From NCBI GenBank assembly GCA_965217775.1, contig CBDCJH010000002.1:2304001-2368000 (forward strand): a DNA stretch of 64,000 nt, in the 5' to 3' direction. A model generated the notes under the pieces. It was not told the DNA's origin. It saw only the letters and a list, made by a program, of their open reading frames with translations, and did not search any database. The translations under genes were made by a program, and so were the position numbers. Every line of letters begins with the position of its first letter. Position 1 is the stretch's first letter. Origin of the DNA: Acidobacteriota bacterium (lineage in GTDB: Bacteria > Acidobacteriota > UBA6911 > RPQK01 > JAJDTT01). Positions 29,909-40,098 of the stretch are shown here, piece after piece.

Positions 29909-31474
29909 TCATTCCACAAACTGAAACGCATACAGGTCCGTATCCTGCAAGGTAAAGCGCAGACGTACAGCCTGACCCGCAATCCTGCTGACATCCGTGG
30001 AACCGCTCCAGGAAACCGTTCGGTCGATCTCATCCCCGAAGGTCTCATCCGCTTCCGGCAGCGAGTAGCCGGGGATTGGACGGCCCTTGGCGTCCTGTAG
30101 TTCAACCTTGAGTGTGCCCGCCGCCGAGCTGGCAAAGTTCACCTTCAACTTGCTTCCTTCAAACTTCAAGACTCGGGTCAGCAACTCGCCCCCCTGCATC
30201 GGCGCCGAGGCTGAGACAAATCCATCCAGGCGCAGGGTGTAGCGGCTCATCTTTCCACCTTTGCCGTGCCAATAAGCCGAGGAGGCATAGAAGGACAATT
30301 CATTGGGAGCTCCGGCCCGGTCCGCTTTCGTTTCCAGCATCTTCCAGGCCACTGTCTGGTGAGCGTAATACCACGAGTCGTCACGTTGAATGCCCGGTCG
30401 AATGAAACCTTCATTCCAGCGCTTGAACTTCACACCGTCACGGCTTGCCATGATCAGGGTTTCGGTCAAAGCTGTCCCAAAGCGTTGATGCGAGCTGGCT
30501 CTCAATTCCCGTTTCTCAAGGTCCGGAAGAGCCTTCATCGAAGCTGACCAACCCCGCTCGATATATCGTTGCGGCGTTCCCACAAGGATGTGGGGCGCCC
30601 GGTGGTAGGGCGCCACGTTGTTTATGTACATATGTTCTTCGGGAGAATCGACATAGGTCAAATCAGCATGGTTGTCCCAGTCAAGGAAATCTGCAGAAGT
30701 GGCGGTTCGAATGGCTCGGAATCCAGCCGGCTTCCAATTGTCCTTTTCGGTGACGCCGCCGGTGAAGGTTCGCCAGTAGGCACGGTACCGGCCGATGGTG
30801 GGATCCCAGAAGCCAAGGTTGGCAGAATCGAACGCACCGTTGGTGATCACCGGTTTTTCCTGCATCAAGGACCAGTGGATGCCGTCCGGGGACTTGTAGG
30901 CGAACAGTCCGCCCTCTCTCTTGATGCCGGCCAATGCCTTGTACCGTTCCTCCCTCGGGCAGGCGGGGTTCTCGTCGATCACGGGCATGAAATTATGAGT
31001 GCCAATTCCATCCACAATGATGTTGTTTTGTTTCGATCCCTCGTATTCGACAATGCCGAGTTCGGGCTTGACCCAGTGAATTCCATCCTGGCTCTGGGCA
31101 ACACAGGTGACCGGTTTGCCGTCGAATACGAGTTTGCCCGGGAGGGTGTTGAAGTTCCAACCGCGATAGTACATGCGGTAGCCGTCGCCATCCTGGATTA
31201 CGGTGTGGCTTCCGCTGGCGTTTCCTTCCCAGGGTGCATCATGTTCGATCACGACCTCGCGAAAGACCGGATGATGAAGTCGAAGTTGAGCTTTCCCTGA
31301 GAGTTGCCCGATCATGAAGTCGTCCAGGAACAACTCGCGGCGCGACCCTATGGGAACGGCCTCATCGGTGCTCTTCCGACCCGGGCGGGCCAGTAAGGCC
31401 GGACGCATGGCAGCAGTTGCCGTTATCAAGGGGATCTGATTCAAAAAGGTGCGACGATTGGTAGTCCCGTTCAC
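29909..31474 (-). CDS. Tat-exported GH32-like beta-propeller protein (copy 2, GTG start)
   Basis: Near-identical to 15225..16790. Confidence 0.85.
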   Translation of the reverse strand: MNGTTNRRTFLNQIPLITATAAMRPALLARPGRKSTDEAVPIGSRRELFLDDFMIGQLSGKAQLRLHHPVFREVVIEHDAPWEGNASGSHTVIQDGDGYRMYYRGWNFNTLPGKLVFDGKPVTCVAQSQDGIHWVKPELGIVEYEGSKQNNIIVDGIGTHNFMPVIDENPACPREERYKALAGIKREGGLFAYKSPDGIHWSLMQEKPVITNGAFDSANLGFWDPTIGRYRAYWRTFTGGVTEKDNWKPAGFRAIRTATSADFLDWDNHADLTYVDSPEEHMYINNVAPYHRAPHILVGTPQRYIERGWSASMKALPDLEKRELRASSHQRFGTALTETLIMASRDGVKFKRWNEGFIRPGIQRDDSWYYAHQTVAWKMLETKADRAGAPNELSFYASSAYWHGKGGKMSRYTLRLDGFVSASAPMQGGELLTRVLKFEGSKLKVNFASSAAGTLKVELQDAKGRPIPGYSLPEADETFGDEIDRTVSWSGSTDVSRIAGQAVRLRFTLQDTDLYAFQFVE

Positions 31475-31686
31475 TCTCCATCTCCTCTGCGATGATGACA
31501 ATCTTCGGTCCTGAAACGCTCTTCGGAACGTCGAGTCCAGCCTCCTTGCCCGCAGTTTTCGCCGGAAACCTGGATATAGTCCGGATTCTGTGCTATAAGT
31601 TCTTTTTTAACAACGACTTACGGAACCACGGGAGCACGGGCTTATGAACTCAGATTGTACCAGAAAAAAGCTCAGTGCTGCCCTAG

Positions 31687-31844
31687 GAGCCTGCGCGGCA
31701 GAAATTAATCTACTGCGAAAGCGTAGAATCGGTCCATATTTCCCCGATTTCTCGGCGAATAGAACAACTATGCACCTCAAAATCGTGAAAATCTGGCCTC
31801 GATTCTCCACTTTCTCGCTACGATCATTTCTACCGCGCAGACTC
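31687..31844. mobile_element. 158 bp MITE flanked by CTAG
   Basis: GAGCCTGCGCGG...CCGCGCAGACTC IRs; CTAG on both sides; absent from duplication copy 1; second copy at 48279. Confidence 0.9.
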
Positions 31845-31901
31845 CTAGTGAGAAAAGGCTGCCCTGGGGAGGATCGAAGGGACAGGAATCTGAAATTCTC
31901 C

Positions 31902-34610
31902 ATGCCGAAGGTCCGCTCCCTGTTGCTCCTCGCGTTTCCGGCGCTTTTATACGTATGCGTATGTGCTCCCCTTCTCGCCGGCCCCAGCAGGCTGTTGCTT
32001 CGAGAGTTCGATCGGGCCATCAGCAGGTGGGTGGTGCGAGACAGCGAGGGGATCTGCTACCTCCTGACGGCCAGGAGGGGACCCGGGGGACGGGCCGGCT
32101 TCGCACTTCGAATCTCAAAAAACACCAGACCTCGATCCCTGGAGGATTTTCTTCCCCCGGCCGACCTCGTCCCTCCCCGGAGTGCCCAAGAATCGATGGA
32201 CTGCGCCGGCATGGCTCTTGATGGCGCCGGACGTCTTCATTTTGTCTGGAGCACTGAAAAGGGTCTTTCCGGTTACAGCTTGATGAGCCTGGATCGACTC
32301 AAGAGACGCCTGAAGGCTGGAGAGGAGCCACCCTGGGTGAATCCAGCCGACGGGACGCCGGGAGCGCTGATTCTGGCTGAGGCGGCTTCGCTCGTGGGTG
32401 ACATCAGGCAGGCGCCCAATGGCGACGTCTGGCTGGCATGGACGGCCGGGGCGGGCGACGACGTCTCCCTCCACCTGGGGAGCACAAGGGGTGGAAAATG
32501 GGAAGCTTTCGAAGTCGCGGCCGGAGACAGCCATGCTCCACCCGCGCTTCTCATTGACAGCGGGGGGCGCTTTCACCTGGCGTGGCATAACCGGGAAGGG
32601 CGTGGTTTCTATCTCAGCAAAGAGCCTTCGGATCTGCAAGAGACGCTCAAAGGGTCTGCCGTTGAAACCCGGACCTCCTCTTCCGTGCCCGCCGGACCCT
32701 GGAGGCTCTGGGCCTATCGGCCGGCCCTGGTGGAGACACCCGCTGGAATACTGGCGGTCCATGAGAGCGGAACCGCGGAGTTGAGATCCGTGTTTCCAGG
32801 GGGCGAAAAAAAGCAACACTTTCCTCTTACCGGTGAGGACGAAAGGTTCGCGTGGGATTTCTGTCACTCGCCCCGGTTTGCCCTCGACCGCTACGGCATC
32901 CCCTGGGTTTTCTTCATCAACGGCACCCGTCAGCACGTGTTTTACGCCCGCTGGCTGGAAAAGCAGTGGAGTCCGGTCTTGAACGCCTACTGGCTCACGC
33001 GCAATACGCCCAGAATGGATGAAAATCATCTCTCCATCGAGCGGCTGGCGGTGGAGGAGAGAATGGCTGACGAGGCTGAGGGGATCGGCGTCTCCATTAC
33101 CCATGAAAGCCGGTTTCCCCAGACGGCCTATCACACGATGCCGGTCCCGTCTCTAACGGCCACACCCGGAACCACCGTCTTGTTTTTGGACCTGAAGGAG
33201 TTGAAAGCGCTGGACGGTCTGCGCCTGAAGGTCAATGAGGCCACGAAATACGAGGGAAACCCGGTGATCGGGAGGGGAGCAGCCGGTGATTTTGATGCCG
33301 GGGGAGCCTCGCAATTGGGCGTCCTGAAAGAGAACGGCGTGTATCGAATGTGGTATTCGGGGGTCTTCCGCGAGCCCGGGTCCAAGTGGCCCGAGTCGGG
33401 CCCCGTACCCATGCGGCGGATCGGTTACGCGGAGAGTCAGGACGGTTACGATTTCGAGAAAGTCGATCTGGGGATGGTTCCCTTTGGAGGCCGGGAGCGT
33501 ACGAATCTGGTTCCGGGACTTCCCCCGGCCCCGGTTTACAAGCCCATTTTTGCGGGCGGAATCCATCGTGACGCCCACGAGGCGGACCCGGCGAAAAGGT
33601 ACAAACTGCTGAAGTGGGACCGGGATCCCGTCGAAGAATCGAGTGCGCCGCACCTGCCGGAGAGGCAGCGCTGGACCCTGTTCACCTCACCTGACGGAAT
33701 CCAGTGGAGACAGCAGGTGGCAGGAAACATCTCCTTTCCTGCCGGTCAGCCCGGTTCTTTCGTGCCGATGTCCCTTTTCTTCGACGAGGCGGAACAAGAT
33801 CCGGGAAAGAGGTACAAGGCTTACGGTTTCACTTCTCTGAACATCAGCCGCCGCGGGGGCGCCTACGGCTACAGCCCGGATGCCGTTCACTGGACGGGGC
33901 ATCCTCAGAACCCCATTTTTGACCCCTTTGCCCGAAGCATACCCGTCGTGAGAAGCGGAAAGGTGGAACAGATCCATGATGCGGTGGTGTGGAAGCGCCA
34001 CGGCTACTACCTGGCCCTGTATCAATACCAGCACAGCGGTACGAACATGGATGTGGAACTGGCCGCGAGCCGTGACGGAGAGTACTTCGTATTCATCCAG
34101 CCCGGCGAGAAGGTGATCACTCGCGGCGCTCCGGACGCCTGGGACTCGGACATGGTCGCACCGTCCGTGCCCCTGGTGGATGGCGAAGATATCAAGTTGT
34201 ACTACGGAGGCTGGCGCAGTTCGCCCTGGGCGGAAGGACAGCCCTCAGGGGGCGTGGCTACGCTGAGACTGGACGGTTTTACCCATCTGGAGTTGGTGAA
34301 GGACCGGGCTCGAGGGAGTCTTACCACCATTCCCATCGGCCCCGGCACCGCTTCTGAACTTTACGTGAACGCCGACTGCAGCGAGGGCGGCTTTCTGCAA
34401 GTCGAGCTGATCGACCCCGCCTCGGGACGGCCCCTGCCGGGGTATTCCAGAGAGGAGAGTCCCCGGTTCGAGGGGGACTCGTTGGCTTGGAGAGTCGAAT
34501 GGGAGCAAGGAAGAAGCCTCGATAGGCTGAAGGGGGATTCGTTCCAGATCAAGTTCCATCTGGCCGCCACCGGGGGATCCCCCAAACTCTATTCATTTAG
34601 TTTGAAGTAG
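31902..34610 (+). CDS. Secreted double-propeller + beta-sandwich protein (copy 2)
   Basis: Near-identical to 17055..19757. Confidence 0.8.
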   Translation: MPKVRSLLLLAFPALLYVCVCAPLLAGPSRLLLREFDRAISRWVVRDSEGICYLLTARRGPGGRAGFALRISKNTRPRSLEDFLPPADLVPPRSAQESMDCAGMALDGAGRLHFVWSTEKGLSGYSLMSLDRLKRRLKAGEEPPWVNPADGTPGALILAEAASLVGDIRQAPNGDVWLAWTAGAGDDVSLHLGSTRGGKWEAFEVAAGDSHAPPALLIDSGGRFHLAWHNREGRGFYLSKEPSDLQETLKGSAVETRTSSSVPAGPWRLWAYRPALVETPAGILAVHESGTAELRSVFPGGEKKQHFPLTGEDERFAWDFCHSPRFALDRYGIPWVFFINGTRQHVFYARWLEKQWSPVLNAYWLTRNTPRMDENHLSIERLAVEERMADEAEGIGVSITHESRFPQTAYHTMPVPSLTATPGTTVLFLDLKELKALDGLRLKVNEATKYEGNPVIGRGAAGDFDAGGASQLGVLKENGVYRMWYSGVFREPGSKWPESGPVPMRRIGYAESQDGYDFEKVDLGMVPFGGRERTNLVPGLPPAPVYKPIFAGGIHRDAHEADPAKRYKLLKWDRDPVEESSAPHLPERQRWTLFTSPDGIQWRQQVAGNISFPAGQPGSFVPMSLFFDEAEQDPGKRYKAYGFTSLNISRRGGAYGYSPDAVHWTGHPQNPIFDPFARSIPVVRSGKVEQIHDAVVWKRHGYYLALYQYQHSGTNMDVELAASRDGEYFVFIQPGEKVITRGAPDAWDSDMVAPSVPLVDGEDIKLYYGGWRSSPWAEGQPSGGVATLRLDGFTHLELVKDRARGSLTTIPIGPGTASELYVNADCSEGGFLQVELIDPASGRPLPGYSREESPRFEGDSLAWRVEWEQGRSLDRLKGDSFQIKFHLAATGGSPKLYSFSLK

Positions 34611-34614
34611 CACA

Positions 34615-36288
34615 ATGAAAACGTCCCGGGATCTCAAATGGGGGGCGAAAGCCATGGCCCCTTCATGTCAGATATGGATTCTCCGTCGACTTCTGATTGC
34701 TCTTCTCCTGTCCGGTCTGCTGAAGGTTCCGATCCAGGCTGGAGCCCAGGAGAACGAGTCCCGGAAGTCCCCGCCTCAGGGTCAGCTCAAAGAGGAGGCG
34801 GAAGACTACTTTCGACGCTGGTTGGACGAGGACGTCGTCTACGTTATCTCCAAGCAAGAGCGTGCAGTCTTCGAGAGTCTGACCGCCCCGGAAGAGAAGG
34901 AACAGTTCATCGAACAGTTCTGGTTTCAAAGAGATCCGGATCCGCGCAGTGCCGCCAACGAGTTCAAGGAAGAACACTATCGCCGGATCGCCTATGCCAA
35001 CGAGAGATTCGCCAGCGGCTTTCCCGGATGGATGAACGATCGAGGCCGCATCTACATCATCCACGGACCACCCGACGAGATCGAAGCGCACCCTTCCGGC
35101 GGGAGGTATGAGCGACCCCTTGAAGAGGGGGGAGGAACCACCGTAGCGCATCCGTTTGAAGTCTGGAGGTACCGCTTCGTAGAAGGCCTTGGCTCCGATG
35201 TCATCCTGGAGTTCGTAGACCCTTCATGGAGTGGGGAATACCGGCTCGCCCTCAACCCCGACGAGAAGGACGCCCTGCTCAATGTGGCCGGCGCAGGCAA
35301 TACGATCGCTGAAATGATTCAGCGCGACGAATCCTTGGAAGGGACGACCTTCACGTCGCCCGGAAACGCCAATCTCCGAAGCTTTCGATCCCGGGACACC
35401 GCCTTCGACCGCTATGAAACGTTTACTAAGATCCGGCATGCCAAGCCCCTCAAGCATCGTGATCTGAAACGCCTCGTGGAGATCGACGTCACCTACCAGG
35501 ACCTTCCCTTTTCTCACCGGGTCGATTATTTCGGCCTCGACGAGACGCGCTCACTCGTACCCGTAAGTGTCGAAATCCACGATCGTGAACTCACATTCGG
35601 TGAGGAAGAGCATGGAAGGCGGGCCCGCATGGCGGTCTATGGAATCGTAACCAATTTGTCGAATCGGATTGTGGACGAATTCGAAGCGGATCTGGTGAGC
35701 GATTATCGGGCCCGGACCGCCCGCTCCGTCTATCAAAGAGTTCTGGTGCTGGAACGAAAGGGCCGCTACAAGCTGGACCTGATCATCAAGGATCTCATCA
35801 GTGGGCGTGTCGGTGTACGCCGTCTGGTATTGATTCCACCGCCTCACCGGTCTGAGCTATCAGTCAGCTCGATTCTGCTCTCGAATCGAATCACACGACT
35901 GGAGAGCGCCCCGGAGCGCCATGCGATGTTTGTTCTGGGGGACTTGCACATTCGACCGAGCCTCGACAAAGTCTTCCGGCCCTCAGAGAATCTCAACTTT
36001 TATCTCCAGGTGTACAACGTTGCCCTGGATCAGACCGCAATGAGGCCCTCGCTGAGGGTCGCGTACCGGGTGGCAAATGACGGACACCCCGTCGCGCAGT
36101 TCATCGACATAATTGGTAAGTCGATGCAATATCTCTCCGAGCAGAGAGTCGTGCTGGTCCTGCCCATCTCCCTTCAGAGCTTTGAGCCGGGAAGCTATGA
36201 GATCACCGTGACGGTGAAGGATCTGATCCAGGAAAAAGAAGTTCGAGTCTCCGAGAGCTTTGAGGTGGCCGCAGGGGCCGGTCGCTGA
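34615..36288 (+). CDS. GWxTD domain-containing protein
   Basis: WLDEDVVYVIS..E...F, FIEQFW..RDP, EHYRRIAYANERF, GWMNDRGRIYIIHGPPDEI. Confidence 0.9.
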   Translation: MKTSRDLKWGAKAMAPSCQIWILRRLLIALLLSGLLKVPIQAGAQENESRKSPPQGQLKEEAEDYFRRWLDEDVVYVISKQERAVFESLTAPEEKEQFIEQFWFQRDPDPRSAANEFKEEHYRRIAYANERFASGFPGWMNDRGRIYIIHGPPDEIEAHPSGGRYERPLEEGGGTTVAHPFEVWRYRFVEGLGSDVILEFVDPSWSGEYRLALNPDEKDALLNVAGAGNTIAEMIQRDESLEGTTFTSPGNANLRSFRSRDTAFDRYETFTKIRHAKPLKHRDLKRLVEIDVTYQDLPFSHRVDYFGLDETRSLVPVSVEIHDRELTFGEEEHGRRARMAVYGIVTNLSNRIVDEFEADLVSDYRARTARSVYQRVLVLERKGRYKLDLIIKDLISGRVGVRRLVLIPPPHRSELSVSSILLSNRITRLESAPERHAMFVLGDLHIRPSLDKVFRPSENLNFYLQVYNVALDQTAMRPSLRVAYRVANDGHPVAQFIDIIGKSMQYLSEQRVVLVLPISLQSFEPGSYEITVTVKDLIQEKEVRVSESFEVAAGAGR

Positions 36289-36471
36289 GAGGGCCCCCGG
36301 ACCCGTTCTCAAACCTCTCCCCTGCCTGACCAGACTGAAGACTCAAGGACGGGCCACTTCCTGAGCTACTTTTCCATGTAGCGCGGACCGCTCAAATACG
36401 GTCAGGAATTGAAAGGCTTTAATGCTATCGTGTCTCTCAAATAGTCGATAACGACGAACCCGGAGAGGACG

Positions 36472-38226
36472 ATGCCTGCCCGGAGACCAGCCCGAATCCC
36501 CGTTGTAGGCGCAACTCTCACTCTCACGGCTTCACTGCTCACAGGCTGTGTCGCGGACCCCGGCCTGGAGGAGCACGGTGCCGGACAGGATGTACCCAGC
36601 CTGGAGATTTTCAAGTACCCGAGCCCCGTCCTCGATAATGGACCGCCCGGCTCGTATGACGAGGGCTACCTGGGCGAGCCCTGTGTGCAGTTGGTCGATG
36701 GCATCTACGAGATGTGGTATGAAGCCATCGAATATCCCCCCTATGACGCCGGACACCGGTGGACTATCGCCTATGCCTCCTCCCGCGACGGAGTTCACTG
36801 GGTCAAGGATCCTGCTCGACGCTTTCTCCCCAACCCGGACTACCCCTGGTGCAACAAGGAGGTGTTAGAGCCTTGGGGCTTCAAGCAGGGGGGACTCTAC
36901 CGGATGTACTTTTCGGCCAACGGCATCGAGCAGATCGGCTACGCCGACAGCCCGGACGGTACTCACTGGAAGAATTACCGTCTGGTCCTGGGTGCGGCGC
37001 AACTGGAGGGAAAGAAGATCAACGGCCTGCCGATTCTCACTGCCGGCGAACCTTCCGTCGTTGAACGGCCTGAAGGGGGCTACATCATGTACTTTCAGGC
37101 CGAGACTTCCGGTAACTTCGACCACATCGGCTATGCCGTCTCCCCTGACGGACTAGACTTTACCGTTCCCGCCGATGGGGATGGCAACCATACTCCTGCC
37201 TGGAATGCCCGCGACGCCTGGCAGCCGGCCCGCGGGTTGGCCGGTCCCTGCGTCGTCCGGCATGGAGGTTTGTATTATCTGTTCTGCAGCACCTGGTCGG
37301 CGCCTTACAATCTAGGGTATGCCGTTTCCCGGGACGGACTCGACTTTGCGCCCGGGACGGCGAATCCCCTGGCAGCGACGACTCCCTTCAGTTGGGATAA
37401 CTGGGCAACCTACGAGCCAGGCGTCTTGATCCTGCCGGACGGCCGGGTTCAGATGTGGTGGAACGGGGTACGGGAACGGGGAGGTCGGGCCAACGCCAGG
37501 TACGTGGGTGCCATCGGCTACGGCTTCGGATACCTTGATGGCTCACCCTCCGACAGTCTGGTCTGTCACTGGCCTCTGGATGAAGCCGGGGGCAGCCATT
37601 TGGAAGACAAAACAGCGTTTGGGCACCGGGGCCGGAACGAGGGTGCCGTGGTGGGACGACCGGGTGCCCGTCCAGAGACGGGAAGGGCCTACGAGTTCGA
37701 CGGTCAGGACGACTTTTTGTGGTCGCACCACCTGCCGCTTCTTGGGCGCGCAAGCTTCAGGATCTCGTTTTATCTGTGGCCGGGCGACGTGAGCCGCCCA
37801 CAGGCTCTGGTGAGCAAGTCCAACGTGGAAGGGATGTTTTCGGGCTTTCCGAGCCGGGAATGGCGTATCGGGATCGACGGCCGGGGACGGCCTTTCTTCG
37901 AGGTGGGAAGGTCAGACGCTGCCGATGGCTTTACTCGATGTCGGGGTTCCCGACCAGTTGTCTTGCACGAGTGGCAGCACCTCCGGGCGGAATACAGTGA
38001 AGAGGCCGCCAAGATCAGCCTGTATCTGGACGGGCAGCTCGTTGCAGCGGCGCCTCACCCGGGCGGAAGGAGAACGGGCCGTTCCATTCTCTCGATGGGA
38101 GCGGAGCTGGATTTTCAGAAGCCCGTCCAAAACAGAGCGCCATTGAGCCGGGACCTGACCCACGACATGGGCAGGTTTTTCAAAGGCGCTCTGGATGACT
38201 TCCGCTTCTACGCATCCGCTCGATGA
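36472..38226 (+). CDS. Lipoprotein: GH43/GH130-like beta-propeller + LamG domain
   Basis: LLTGC lipobox; repeated EP.V...YxM(W/Y)...IGYA.S.DG blades; C-terminal HWPLDE...GALDDFRFY. Confidence 0.8.
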   Translation: MPARRPARIPVVGATLTLTASLLTGCVADPGLEEHGAGQDVPSLEIFKYPSPVLDNGPPGSYDEGYLGEPCVQLVDGIYEMWYEAIEYPPYDAGHRWTIAYASSRDGVHWVKDPARRFLPNPDYPWCNKEVLEPWGFKQGGLYRMYFSANGIEQIGYADSPDGTHWKNYRLVLGAAQLEGKKINGLPILTAGEPSVVERPEGGYIMYFQAETSGNFDHIGYAVSPDGLDFTVPADGDGNHTPAWNARDAWQPARGLAGPCVVRHGGLYYLFCSTWSAPYNLGYAVSRDGLDFAPGTANPLAATTPFSWDNWATYEPGVLILPDGRVQMWWNGVRERGGRANARYVGAIGYGFGYLDGSPSDSLVCHWPLDEAGGSHLEDKTAFGHRGRNEGAVVGRPGARPETGRAYEFDGQDDFLWSHHLPLLGRASFRISFYLWPGDVSRPQALVSKSNVEGMFSGFPSREWRIGIDGRGRPFFEVGRSDAADGFTRCRGSRPVVLHEWQHLRAEYSEEAAKISLYLDGQLVAAAPHPGGRRTGRSILSMGAELDFQKPVQNRAPLSRDLTHDMGRFFKGALDDFRFYASAR

Positions 38227-38234
38227 GTCTCTCT

Positions 38235-39245
38235 TCAACCCACCAGCTCCGCCACCCCGATTCCAGCAAAGCGATTCCCGTCATAGAACATGTAGGTGTG
38301 TTCCGCAGAGTGCCAAATGGAGGGATAGCAGGTCATTTCGCTGTCCCAGCCCGACTCGCTGACCTCGAGAACCGGGTCGGGCCACCACTTCCATCGTATT
38401 CCGTCCGGACTCTCGGCATAGTGAACTCGGTAGAGACGGCGCTGGTCTTCTACGACGCTGAACCACATTCGAAAGCCGCTCCCGGTCTTCTCCACGAAAG
38501 GCTTGGAACAGGTTGAAAAGTAGGAATCAAGCCGGGGCGGAATACTGATCAGCGCCCCCGCGGGATGTGGCCTGAAGGTATGGCCCCCGTCGTTTGAAAC
38601 GGCAAGGGCAATGGAAATCTTGCTGTGCGTCTCGGGCCAGCGCACGACCGCCGTGTACCACATCCAATACTGCGAACCGACCTTCATGACGGCGCAGGAA
38701 CCAGTGCCGTGCTCGTCGCAGGAAAAGGGCCTTCCCAATTCCAGCAGGGCCCGGCCGCTGCGTTTCCAGGTCAGGCCGGCGTCGTCGCTCTCGGCCAGAG
38801 TGGTCCGATAGGCTTTGAACCTGCCGAAGGGGTGATAGTCTCCGCCCCAGCCACAGTAATACAGGTGCCAGTGTTTCTCGGTGACGGGCACCACCCAGGG
38901 ATAACTCACCCAGTGGGAATCGATCGACCCGGGCGCACCGAAGTCCAAGAGCGGCTGGTTCGAAGCTTTCCTCCAACTCAGGGGATCGGAAATGTCAGCT
39001 TCCGCAAGGCCGATTCGCCTCCGCTGACCCTCGATGCTCATGTAGTACATGCGCAGTTGATCGCCGGACTGGATGACGTGAGGAGCGGACGGGCGCCGGT
39101 CCCAGCCACCTTCATCTCCGTCGGGAAAAATGAGCTTCAGTTTCCTCCACCTCTGGCCCTGAAAGTGGGTTGACAGACTCATCCCGGTCCTCGCCCCCAG
39201 CAGAGGCGGCAACGTCGTTGCATAGAGGAACTTACGCCGGTTCAT
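38235..39245 (-). CDS. Tat-exported five-bladed beta-propeller glycosidase-like protein
   Basis: MNRRKFL signal; blades with MYY/MWY and ES.DG..W. Confidence 0.8.
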   Translation of the reverse strand: MNRRKFLYATTLPPLLGARTGMSLSTHFQGQRWRKLKLIFPDGDEGGWDRRPSAPHVIQSGDQLRMYYMSIEGQRRRIGLAEADISDPLSWRKASNQPLLDFGAPGSIDSHWVSYPWVVPVTEKHWHLYYCGWGGDYHPFGRFKAYRTTLAESDDAGLTWKRSGRALLELGRPFSCDEHGTGSCAVMKVGSQYWMWYTAVVRWPETHSKISIALAVSNDGGHTFRPHPAGALISIPPRLDSYFSTCSKPFVEKTGSGFRMWFSVVEDQRRLYRVHYAESPDGIRWKWWPDPVLEVSESGWDSEMTCYPSIWHSAEHTYMFYDGNRFAGIGVAELVG

Positions 39246-39329
39246 GTCGATTATTGGTGACCTCCATCGCCTCAATCCCTTTCCTTGCTTCCGCAAGCCG
39301 CCGGTGAGCCTCGGGGGCAGCGCACGCCC

Positions 39330-39542
39330 CCGAATTTCTCACCCAGTCGCTGAGTGTCTGAAGTAAACGTTAGTTTCTTCAGGTACTTACGGCTATTTTG
39401 CGGCAGCCTCCCGGGGACAGACAGCACTGGGCGCGCCCTCGCCGGTCTTTTTGCCCTCAGCCTGCACATGCTCGCTCAAACGTAGCACCCGCCGAGGAAG
39501 AAAATCCTGCGCGATCATCGCGCCCACTGGTGAGAGATTCGG
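39330..39542. mobile_element. 213 bp MITE-like element abutting the MOSC stop codon
   Basis: IR CCGAATTTCTCACC / GGTGAGAGATTCGG (13/14); homologous to 26916-27044. Confidence 0.65.
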
Positions 39543-39543
39543 A

Positions 39544-40098
39544 CTACAGCTTCCGGATGGGGTCGCCGACCCGGACCTGCCCCGCCTCCACCACGAAGAC
39601 GTAGCATCCGCGCAGACGGAGGTCCTTCGTACCGGGTCCGTTGACGAACTTCAGGGCGTCGACGCCGTAACGGCTCGAGAATTTCTTGCAGCCCGTGTGC
39701 GGCAACTCCGAGACCTCCACCAACGCCTCGCCGATCCGGAACCGGGTGCCGACGGGGAGATTCTCAGCGGTGAGGTTCATATCCACCGCCAGATTGTCTC
39801 CCGACAGGGACCAGCGATCGCGGCTGCCGGCGATGAGGGAAAGGAGGCGCGAATTGATGAGGGTCAACTGCACCTTGGGATCGGGGCTGCCGTCGGGAAG
39901 TTTTCGCCAGCAGGTCTTTTGCCAGCGGTCCCCTTCCAGGCCCCCCTCAGGTGAGAGCCGGGCTTCGCTCAAAGACTTCCGGAGGTTCGTGGCCGGACAG
40001 GCGGTGATGGCCTCCAGCCTGCCCTCCTGGCGGGGAGCCGCCAGAATGGAATCCAGCTCCTCCTGCAGTCGATCCAGAGTGGCAAATTGTTGCGTCAT
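39544..40098 (-). CDS. MOSC domain-containing protein
   Basis: GLEGDRW, GDNLAVD, GTRFRIGEALVEVS..PHTGCKKF. Confidence 0.9.
   Translation of the reverse strand: MTQQFATLDRLQEELDSILAAPRQEGRLEAITACPATNLRKSLSEARLSPEGGLEGDRWQKTCWRKLPDGSPDPKVQLTLINSRLLSLIAGSRDRWSLSGDNLAVDMNLTAENLPVGTRFRIGEALVEVSELPHTGCKKFSSRYGVDALKFVNGPGTKDLRLRGCYVFVVEAGQVRVGDPIRKL

Larger units (their letters stand above)
29861..34684. repeat. Segmental duplication copy 2
   Basis: Direct repeat of 15181-19830, with an extra MITE at 31687. Confidence 0.95.

Noticed and set aside
31644-31901. 86 aa N-terminal extension of the 988 aa ORF
   Set aside because: It is read-through of the MITE and promoter DNA; the signal peptide starts at 31902, matching copy 1.
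35026-35040. GWMND instead of GWxTD as a sign of novel function
   Set aside because: A single substitution in an otherwise typical domain is insufficient evidence.
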